Made by a program: the position numbers and the translations under genes. The notes beneath the pieces were generated by a model. The model was not told the DNA's origin and searched no databases. It saw nothing but the letters and a program-made list of their open reading frames with translations. Below, in pieces: positions 53,393-64,000 of a stretch of 64,000 nucleotides of DNA. The stretch is taken from assembly GCA_964016885.1 (NCBI GenBank), contig OZ024741.1:327980001-328044000 (forward strand), read 5' to 3'. This stretch comes from Eledone cirrhosa. Taxonomy: Eukaryota. How positions within the stretch are numbered: position 1 is the stretch's first letter; every line of letters begins with the position of its first letter.

Positions 53393-54593
53393 CGTACGTG
53401 TACATATGTTTTCAAATTTACAGATATTGACATAAATTCTCACAAATACAAAATGTATATAGATAGGGCAATGACCTCACAGTTTCATACAAATATATAT
53501 AATTGAATTAAATATATGATAATTTTCTGCGATCAATAAATAAATCCGAAACATCTGCCTCACGTAGAGGTTTTGTGGAAATATTCAAAACTGAGAAGGC
53601 CGAATGTTTTATGAACTCCACATGTTTTGGCGTAAGAGAGTGTGAACTCTGTAATAAAAAAAACAATAAAAAACAGTCAATTTCTTAGTGTGGTGAGAAA
53701 TGTCAAAGTGTGGGTGCACTCGCTTACTCAAGCAAATTATATTATTTAGGAGATCTGAGAGAGAGAAGAGGCTTCACATTGTAGTTCTAACTTTGGACAC
53801 AAAATAACTAGGCGCTGGTGTTTATCGTTGTGGAAGCGAAATGGCAGGCGCAGCTGTGCGTTTGAGGTTATGCTATGCGATATTCAAATTAAGCTATGTT
53901 TCTTTGCTGGAATCAAACGTGTTGAGGGATTTCTGGTTATATCTCTGGTTTTAAAATACCTTCTGTCCTCGTTCACCAAATTCGTTCCCTCCAAACTAAG
54001 TGTCAAACAATTAAATAAATATAATCTCCTGGATAAGTGAAATACAAGAAATATTGCAAAAATATTATGAGATTTGATTACTGTATATGTATTGTAGTGA
54101 AAAAGCGTATGCCTTAGAAGTTCGTGTTTTAGGCGGAAGGTGGTTAATTCGATTCTCAGATAGAGTTAGGCGTCGTGTCGTCCACTCAGCTGGTAAAAGA
54201 AAGTTGCGACAACTAGGGTGCCAAACTATGACCAGCTTTGCCGTTCCCTTGGAGAATATAGTAGAAGTGGATTATAGGGTAGTCTTCCACAAAAGCACTC
54301 TTCCCAAGCCTGCACATTGGAAATGAATTTTGTGGCTTAGATCTCATGGTCATATTTTTTTAGTACTAAGACAGTATGTAGGAAATATGTATTTTAGAAG
54401 ATATGTATAATCCATCAACACTACTCATATTACATGAGTGCTTATTTGTATTATTTTTATTGACTCGTAATGGAGTCTTAAGGGTGTTGGGGATTTTCTA
54501 TACCTGTACGGTCCATCCTTTCTCCAGGTTTAATGGTAGCCGATTTCTTCAAGATATATATATATATATATATATATAGTTTTAATATAGAAG

Positions 54594-54644
54594 AGCTTCT
54601 ACAGGACTACAACTGTTTCATTCGTGAGAAATCATCAAGAAGCT
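54594..54644 (-). ncRNA. Hammerhead motif, family H (core TTGATGA)
   Basis: AGCTTC TTGATGA T TTC tcac GAA T GAAA CAG ttgtagtc CTG TA GAAGCT. Confidence 0.65.
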
Positions 54645-54788
54645 GACTGTCCAATTAAATGGTAGTATTTATGTCTTTCCTTATCTGGTGGCAGGAGAGG
54701 GTGGGGAGTGGGATGGATGTAGGTCATTGATTGAAGTATTTATAGAAGAGGGACTTCATTAAAAGCTAATTCTTTAAATCTATAATAT

Positions 54789-54972
54789 TAATTGTTTCTA
54801 CATTTGACACAATGCCAACAATTATCCAGTACATTACTGGTACTTTATTTTATCGACCACGTAAGGATGAAAGGCAAAGTTAAACTCGGCGGGATTAGAA
54901 CTCAGAATGGCAAGGGCCGTAAGTCAATGCGTCAGAGCCTGGTGCCCGAATCTCTACCGATACTGCCAATCC
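54789..54972 (-). mobile_element. tRNA-derived SINE
   Basis: Reverse complement of the family consensus. Confidence 0.8.
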
Positions 54973-54976
54973 AACA

Positions 54977-55269
<293 letters not shown>

Positions 55270-55292
55270 ATATATTTATTTATATATATATA

Positions 55293-55403
<111 letters not shown>

Positions 55404-55584
55404 CATACACTGGTGGTTTTTTCCCTGTATTATTGATAGCGCACTATATATCTCTCTCTGGTGTGTTACCTTCTCAACATATTATATTCTAAAGGGCTCA
55501 GGATCTCTTCCCCTTTGAGCACATTATTTACAGGGAATAACGACGGCCTATGCCTCCGTTAATTTAACTTGATATATCTATATA

Positions 55585-55656
<72 letters not shown>

Positions 55657-55659
<3 letters not shown>

Positions 55660-57054
55660 TTAGTTATACTATTTATGGTTATGTAAATACAAAACCTTAT
55701 GCAGTTATAAGTATTTTACACACACCCTAAATAGTGGTAGGCAGTAATGTATTACTACCTTATTACCAATAAGTTAAGTAGCTCAATGTAAAAACATCAG
55801 ATGATTTACAGAGCAGTTATATGAAATATAAGAATCAAAGAACTGTTCAAAACATTATTGTGCTTACAGCTGTTTCCTCCAAACCAAGGTTTGGATTCTT
55901 CGGAGCAATTTATTAATGCATGGACAGTTATATGACCTCCTTTTCAGCCGAGAGACATACCGATACATATTCAAACATTGATACATATTCAAACATTGTG
56001 GGTCAACATTCATTACAGAATTTAGAGTGGCAGTACACACTTCGAGATTACATTTATATTAAGAGGTACAATCAAAAATCAAAAATACAGGTTAAAATAC
56101 AACATGAAGATAAGCGGTTATATAGTGCAAATGTTATATGTGTGGCACGCATGTGCGTCTTGTTTATATAGTGTGGCAGAGAGATATGTGTGGTAGAGGC
56201 ACTTAGGTAGGTAAACAAGAGTGTTAGGTTGGTAGATCTGGTGGCAAATTCTTTATATGATTGATATAGTCTGTGTGTGGAGAAATGTTATAAGCATAAA
56301 AAGTAGTGCAAGCATTAAAAGTGTTAAAAGTATTGGAGATGCACAGCGAAGGGATGTCAAGTATTTCATGTACTTCGGCATTTTCATGGTCAGGGGAGTG
56401 TATTTTTCGATTATATGCCCTTCACATAATCCACGACAATCCGATATTGAGCGTTTGACAATCCAGTTAGAGATCGTAGTCTGGTGATCTTTAGTTCAAT
56501 ACAGGAGGCTGTTAAGTTTCGAGAAACGCCATTGAATACCACCCGGAAGTGTGTGTGTGGCTAAGGGGAGTTAATGCATGCGGGGAGGTAACTCTGGGGT
56601 TTCTATACCTAGCTATTAAAATGTGTCACAATATAGACCCTAATTTCTATGGTGATGCGCATCCTCCAAGAAAAATGTTTAAAGCATAAAGTGTATTAAC
56701 TATAGAGTAGTTTAATTAAGTTATGCTGAAGGTGATCATATTATTATGGTGGATTAACCCATCGTAAGGTGCCACAAATGGAAATTATAGATGATGAGCG
56801 AGGATTCTAAATTAATGATCTCTGTGGTAAATGTAATCTCGAAGTGTGTACTGCCACTCTAAATTCTGTAATGAATGTTGACCCACAATGTTTGAATATG
56901 TATCAATGTTTGAATATGTATCGGTATGTCTCTCGGCTAAAAAGGAGGTCATATAACTGGCCATGCATTAATAAATTGCTCCGAAGAATCCAAACCTCGG
57001 TTTGGAGGAAACAGTTGTAAGCACGATAATGTTTTGAACAGTACTTTGATTCTT

Positions 57055-57066
<12 letters not shown>
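55657..57066 (-). mobile_element. Family K element with inverted repeats 55818-56056 and 56828-57066
   Basis: Arm coordinates sum to 112884. (TA)n on both sides. The interior could not be assigned to a protein family. Confidence 0.75.
55861..55907 (-). ncRNA. Hammerhead motif, family K, core CCGAAGA (mirror copy 56977-57023 on plus strand)
   Basis: TGCT CCGAAGA A TCCAAACC tt GGTTTGGA G GAAA CAGCTG TA AGCA. Confidence 0.7.
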
Positions 57067-57115
<49 letters not shown>

Positions 57116-57150
57116 GTATGTATATATATATATGTATGTATATATATACA

Positions 57151-57848
57151 CAAATATAAATTAGCGAGAATCGTCTTCAGCTCAGGAATTAACGAAAATC
57201 AACGTCCGATATGTGTGGCAAACGCTCGATGAATCATATGAATCAGAGCTACAACATACGTTAAGGGCCAAACACACTGAGATGATGGTTAAACATATCA
57301 TCCGCACAGCCAAAACAAAACGACCAAGTAATTCGGGTCAAACAATAAAAATATATGTGTTGATACTTTCCCGGACCCTGGACTGATGGTAAAATCCAGT
57401 ATTGGTTTCTGCGACTCCAAATCAGGTACTGTCCGCCTACATAAAGAATGTTGGGCTTCTGGTGAGATGATGAACAAGGCAGTCGTGTTATCAACGGGTT
57501 TTGCTCCAAGATGCTATAGATAGTGTGGCTATTACTGACCCCTCGTGGGATTCAGCAAGGGAGGTAACACCTCTATTAAGCGAATGATTCAGTTGTGTAT
57601 TATTGCGAGAATGCAAAATATCACAAATCGAATAAAGCTCTCGACAGAATGGTTAAATATAACAGAGCTATTCAACAGTCAATATAAGTAACTGAAAAAA
57701 TCAATAAAAGGAACTGCTCAATAGCTAGACTCTGGAGATTAATACAAATATAAATTAGCGAGAATCGTTTTCAGCTCAGGAATTAACGAAAACCAACGTC
57801 CGATATGTGTGGCAAGCGCTCGATGAATCATATGAATCAGAGCTACAA
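57151..57848. repeat. 594-bp unit with 104-bp terminal direct repeat
   Basis: 57151-57254 is repeated at 57745-57848. Starts at a TA tract. Confidence 0.75.
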
Positions 57849-58011
57849 TATATGATAAAGTATGACCCTGGCGGCAGAGCTCTAGCCGTTTCGATGGTGC
57901 ATTATGGTGCATCTTGTTCCTTACCACATTTCCTTCGTTATATATATATATACATATATACGCAGATATACACACATACATACACATATACACACATACA
58001 CATACATATAC

Positions 58012-58042
<31 letters not shown>

Positions 58043-58188
58043 CACATACATATACACACATATACACATATATATACACATACATATTGTATATATATGT
58101 GTATATGTGTATATTTGTATGTGTATATGTATCTATATATATCTATGTATATATGTATATGTATGTGTATGTATGTGCGTATATTTGC

Positions 58189-58243
<55 letters not shown>

Positions 58244-58916
58244 CGTATGTGTGTACATATATATACGTATATGTGTATGTATGTATTTGTATGTGTGTGT
58301 GTATGTACCATTATGTATGTTTGGTGTGTGTGTGCCTGCCTGTGTGTGCGTGCGTGTAAGTGTGTGTACATGTGTAACTGGGCGCGTGTGTGAATGTGTT
58401 TGTTGACACCTGGAATATATATTAAGAGAAACTTCACTTTAGGGGGTTCACCCCAACACTTGAATCTGTTGATGGAACCTTTCTGCCTTTGTCACCCTTA
58501 TTTCAGCCTGAAAGAATTTCCCATTTTTTTAAAACCCTTGAAACCCACCCATCCTGTAGACACATGTCTTAGAGGCTGGTATTCAAAATTTAAACTTGTT
58601 TACAGTATTCCTTCTGCCTTTGTTAATATTATAGCTTTAAAGAATTAGCTTTTAATGAACTCCCTTTTCTTTAAATCCTTCAACCAATGACCTACACCCA
58701 TTCCGATCTCCACCCTCTCCTACCAGCAGATAAGGAAATACATAATATTACCATTTACTTGGACAGACAGCGTAGAAGCTCTTCAATATTAAATCTTTTA
58801 TACTCTTCTATGTATTGAGTACCTTACTTACCTCCGATTCAACCCGGAATAACTTCAATATCCAGATTAGCGAAAGTTGATGCAGAGGTAAATCCAGTGT
58901 GTGTGGGGGGGGTGTA

Positions 58917-58959
<43 letters not shown>

Positions 58960-59699
58960 TCTGAGCGGGGCGGGGAGAAGGGGGGGGGCAACAAAAACCT
59001 ACAGAGGATGAGGTGACCCCAAAACAGGTAGTGATTTTATCATTCACAGAAAGATGAAAGGCAAAGTTTTTCCGTCAGAATTTGAACTCAGAGAGTGGAG
59101 AGCAAGAATACACGCCGCGATGATTTCTATCCGGCGTTTAAATGACTCTACCAATTTGCCGTCATCTATGCTTTAAGCATTATTTATGTTGAACTCATTT
59201 TGAAATGAAAAGTCTGAATTCCAAATAAAATTGCCTTAGTCCCGAAGATGTTTGGGCTTAGAATTTGCAAAATTCTCTAACACACATAATAATAATGGGA
59301 TTACTGATATCTTTTGTTTAGACACCTTAGTTAACATATTCGTGATAACACGAATGTTATCTTGAATGCCTAATTCCATCAAATTCACACAGCAGATATC
59401 TTGTAATTTGTAATTCAATTAAATGTATTAAATATGAAATAAAATCTGTTTATTCCAGCCTCAGAACTGATTTTGTAACCAGAAACAGCGGTATTTTACA
59501 TCAATAGATATGAATAAGATCATGTATAATTGACAGTCCGACAACCTATCATTTCCACTGCCCTCTTCGACCAGGAATCTTACAATTGCTATTTACGGAT
59601 GATGAAATTGTAAAAGATTTATAGTGGTAAGATAAGTACTTCCCTATAGTTCATGTTTTATTCTTCTAACTCAGTTATTTGAAATAGTTTAGTATTTAA

Positions 59700-61032
59700 C
59701 TGGGAATGTCGGTAATACCATGGTATATTTTCAGATTCTCTGCACACAGAGTTCATATACTTTCATCTCTTGGGAGTTAATTAACTTTCATCTCTCCAGA
59801 TGGATAAACAATGTGCCAGCCCAGGGTAAAAAAGTGGTGGCATTGCTTTGAAGTTGAATTAGAGAAAACGGAGATACTAATGAGATAAGAAAATTCTAGA
59901 ACAAAACCAGGTATGTATCAAACAACAGGTAAGTATCAAACAACTGCATCCATCTGAATAGAAGTTGGAACATAAACGCAGAGACGGACCGTAAAACTAG
60001 CTAAGGCTAATGACTGGCAGAAATTATGTGTGGGTCTGGTGAACTAGATGGAAGTATGATGTGGGATGGAGAGAGACAAAACGAGAAAAAGACTGGCGCG
60101 TAGTGTAGAAAGAGATTTTGGAAACGTTGCGATGAGGTGGACAGAATATTTGCTGTATCTGATCCGTTCCTTAGTGATCTGATATCACAACTCACCCATA
60201 TTCGTACGGCGTGCGACATTCAGATAATGTCAGCAATGGAAATACCAATGAAGTCTTTGTTCCCTGCACAGGTTCTGATGACAAGCACATCTCTATTTTC
60301 AATATATATTTTTGTTAATGTGTTTTAGTAAACTTTCTCCAAAGTTACGGAGTTGCGACCGTCAGATATTATCTACAATGAGAAGTCCAATAGTTTATTG
60401 GTTCGATATCAGGATTGCTTCATTTCCATATATATATATATGGTGGCTGCCAACTCGTTTTCGAGTACGGCCACTACTTTACATCCATGTAGGAGAACCC
60501 CTACCGATGCGCTGAACGAGTGTGACATTTTAGTCCAGCCAGCGACTTGAAAACTCTGGTACAAACACTACACTTGTGACAATTATTGACACATAGTGCT
60601 GGTCCCATAGTACCATGTGAGGACAAGTGCAGAGAGATCTCCAGATATAAAGCAATGCCTGTGCCGTGAAGCTTTTATAGTGAGCAAAGGCACTGCACAA
60701 AGCCAGTCTCACTTTCTTAACCAAGATGATATTTACCAAAAAGAAGAACGAGTCAACCTCATTGGATACCATCAGGGTTGCAGGTGTTATATCAGAGTTT
60801 TCCTTCTCCTAGAATTCTGCTTTGACAAAGGCTAAGGGGTCATCTCTCCCGGTGATTTTGGATGGCCATTGACTCTTAAGAGCTCCTTTGACCTTTGACA
60901 GCTTTTGTTTTTAGTCCTGCAGGATGTCCAAAGTCACCCTCCTCACCAAGAAACCTTGGTAGGATTGCCAATTTAGTCGCCGACGACCCGACCATGAGAC
61001 AGGTTGTACTGGGATACATGTTACCAGTAGCA
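59700..61032 (-). mobile_element. Degenerate 5' region of an RTE-like LINE
   Basis: The minus strand contains CTAGGAGAAGGAAAACTCTGAT, a motif I recall from RTE 5' UTRs, and a trace CVQ..IYH endonuclease motif near 59720-59750. The 5' end is shared with 25222-25395. Confidence 0.45.
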
Positions 61033-61044
61033 CAAAATAACAGA

Positions 61045-61263
61045 TTTAATAAATATTTGCTCTACGGTTCTTATATATATGATATATATTTATCCTTATC
61101 GAGCCCTCTTTGGATTTTAGTCTTCAAATTTATTAATATTACTATATTCTGAGTTCAAATCCCGCCGAGGTTGACTTTGCCTTTCATCCTTACGGGGTCG
61201 ATAAAATAAAGTACCAGTAATGCACTGGGTAATTGCTGGCCTTGTGCCTAAAGTAGAAACAAT

Positions 61264-61266
<3 letters not shown>
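61045..61266 (+). mobile_element. Family G pLTR terminal fragment (61045-61144) joined to a truncated SINE (61148-61266)
   Basis: Reverse complement of 16712-16810 followed by SINE B box, body and tail. Confidence 0.75.
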
Positions 61267-61306
<40 letters not shown>

Positions 61307-61345
61307 CATACATACATATTGTAAATCTCTCTCTCTCTCTCTCGC

Positions 61346-61418
<73 letters not shown>

Positions 61419-62031
61419 ACTCTCTCTGTATATGAATATTTATATATATGTGTGTGTGTATGTGTGTGTATGCATGTATTTAAACGGAATTCTTCCACAC
61501 AATTTCTCCTTACAAAAATTAATTCACGAACTAAGGGAGATATGATTAAAATTTGGTACATCTCTCGATCGGGTTTTATTATTTGACGGTGATATTTCAA
61601 CATTTATCCTGGGTAGAATGATAAAATTATCAATAGCATTGTATTTTGATGATTCACTAAGCAAATAACAAAATTTAGTGTTTTCTGGCCCCGTGCCAAT
61701 GAAAGAAATCTATGATTCTATGGGTTCTTATTTTACTTTAAAGGTATTTTATTATGTTTCTCAGGATTTTTAATGTTAGAATATAAATTTGAGTATTTTA
61801 ATCTATCTTGTCGTGATTTTATATTGCAAACTCATGATCGTCATTACTATTAATTCCATATATTTTATGATCTTTCACTTTGCATTGACGCTGAAATATC
61901 AGAAAATATTAATGTTACTACACACGTTTGTTTTATTTTCATACACATATACGCACATAAATATGTGCATATGGACACATACACCCGTACACACACGTAT
62001 ATTTATAAAGATGAATGTATACAGACAAACA

Positions 62032-62073
<42 letters not shown>

Positions 62074-62175
62074 CGTATGTGTGTGTATATATATATATAT
62101 ATATCTCAATCTATCGATCTATCTATCTATCTCTCTATATATCTATCTATCTATGTATCTCTCTCTGTATATATA

Positions 62176-62211
<36 letters not shown>

Positions 62212-62213
62212 TA

Positions 62214-62262
<49 letters not shown>

Positions 62263-62283
62263 TATATATACAGAGAGAGATAC

Positions 62284-62321
<38 letters not shown>

Positions 62322-62333
62322 CGATAGATTGAG

Positions 62334-62377
<44 letters not shown>

Positions 62378-62989
62378 ATATAAATATTGAGATGTTTTTG
62401 TATGTTGCGTTGAAGTTTCAATAGAATTATTTATTTCTAACTTTCATTTCTATGGACTATTGTGTAATACCGCAGCAAGCAATATGTTGGTCTATTTCTG
62501 TGTGTGTTGATTCCTAACTTAGTAATTTTTATGATTCATCTAACGAAACTACTGAAAAAAATAAAACTATATAGCTAGTGCACGAACTAATACATGGCAT
62601 TAGCTATTCTATCGAACATCATTATCCCCTCTTCAGTTCTCCGAAACCACTCTGTTATTGAATTTCAAACGTTGAAATAAGATATTGCGTGTCTTAAACC
62701 CAACACCTCTCACTAGCTCAGTCAGTGTCTCAGTCAGGATGAACCAAGAAACGAAAGTCATTAAGCACGGAAAACTTACACAGTAAACAATCTTCAGTAC
62801 GATCCATTAAGACAGCTTCTACGTGGTCGTAATACTTACAAGAAATAGCTCCATGCAATGAGATATAAACTCCTGAAATAAACGTAGGGGGGATAGAGAG
62901 ATAGAAAGAGAGATAGATATAGAGAGAGTGGAACAGAGCTTGATAGAGAGAGAATGGGGGAGAAAGAGAGAAAGGCATAGAGTGGATGA

Positions 62990-63300
62990 ATCAACACCAC
63001 TGCGGTAATGTTGCTATATTTTATCGACCCCCTTAAAGATGAAAAGTAAAGCTACCGTCGGCGAGATTTGAACTCCAACCGCAGAATATGTTCCCCGACA
63101 TTCTACCGATACAGTTAATCTAGCGCCCTAAATTTAATAATAATAATTGTTACTTATATAGTCACAAGGCCAGCAATTTGGAGGGAGGTGAAAATCGAGT
63201 AAATAGACCACAGTGCGTGACTGGTTCTTTATTTTATCGACCCCGTAAGGATGAAAGGAAAAGTTAACCTCGGCGGGATTTGAACTCAGAACGTAAAGAA
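62990..63300 (-). mobile_element. Two diverged SINE copies (another at 59020-59162)
   Basis: TTTATCGACCCCGTAAGGATGAAAGG...GGCGGGATTTGAACTCAG. Confidence 0.7.
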
Positions 63301-63439
63301 CTATTATTCTTGCTAGTGGTGGTTGTGATTTTTATACTGCTGTTGTTGTTTTTAGATTTATTCACCAATGAGAGACCATCTATATATTCATACATACAAT
63401 AGAATAATGTTGATTACGAGTTTGTGCAAAGTTCATATT

Positions 63440-63900
63440 GATTCCCATGATATTCACATTGTTAATGAAATTAAAATGCATGAAACGAGAATGGAATTAA
63501 GATCTTTGTCTCGAATCCCCGAGAGCTCATTGCGTATTCTTCGCTTTTCTATGCTTATTTATGGAATGACAATATCGATTAACATTCACGAGGTTTTGGG
63601 GAATATTTTCCCATCCTGGGAGATATATATTCGTGGAAAATAGAAAAGTATCTAAGCTACTAATGTATCCCTTTTTGTCACTCACTTCTCCAATGTAAGG
63701 TTTGGTAAGAATGGGCCACATTTCTCGAGCAGTCGGGCGCATAGGATGTCACTCATCAATAATCAAACGGCATTGCTAAAAATGTGAAGGTGATGTTGAA
63801 ATTAAACGAGCCATTCTGAAAGCTGAAGGAACTATATACGTCCCCCGGTACGCAGTTTGTCCGACAAGAATCTAACCGAATAGTAAGAATATATTGTAAG
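63440..63900 (-). mobile_element. Possible highly decayed Tc1/mariner transposase C-terminal remnant
   Basis: Traces FQH..H, WP and WENIP occur in the expected order but in different frames; no TIR confirmed. Confidence 0.3.
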
Positions 63901-64000
63901 TAAAAATGTAGTCGTTTATCCTACTGATTAACGTTTGTATGCACAGTTGATTGGTATTTCTATACTAGACACATTATGAAATCATTGTATATATATATAT

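Noticed and set aside
55408-55562. Long hairpin TCCCTGTA/TACAGGGA with CTGGTGG and ACGG/CCGTT, a possible decayed long-stem HHR
   Set aside because: Both core segments need several changes, and there is only one copy.

Overview
AT-rich eukaryotic non-coding DNA saturated with (TA)n, (CA)n and (GA)n microsatellites. The repeat content resembles a coleoid cephalopod such as Octopus; this is an inference from recall, not a search result. No host protein-coding exon could be supported, and nearly all listed ORFs are microsatellite read-throughs. The real coding remnants are all mobile elements: a decayed Tx1/L1-type LINE (10.9-15.2 kb, with a 3' fragment of a relative at 43.4-44.1 kb), two Penelope-like element (PLE) RT/GIY-YIG remnants (28.0-30.1 and 48.0-49.1 kb), a 1.84-kb PLE GIY-YIG/pLTR unit in three tandem copies (16.7-22.1 kb), RTE-like remnants, a non-autonomous Helitron and many tRNA-derived SINEs. 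The main hidden structure is about 35 type I hammerhead-ribozyme (HHR) motifs in about 13 unrelated sequence families, read by eye on both strands. They sit in PLE terminal repeats or in 450-600-bp non-coding units that end in (TA)n tracts and often fold back into palindromes. Several families carry recurrent non-canonical cores (U3-A8, A4, C4), mismatched stem II closing pairs (C.A, U.U, A.G), very long stem II arms or palindromic stem III, and one shows compensatory covariation. None of these motifs has been tested for activity here.
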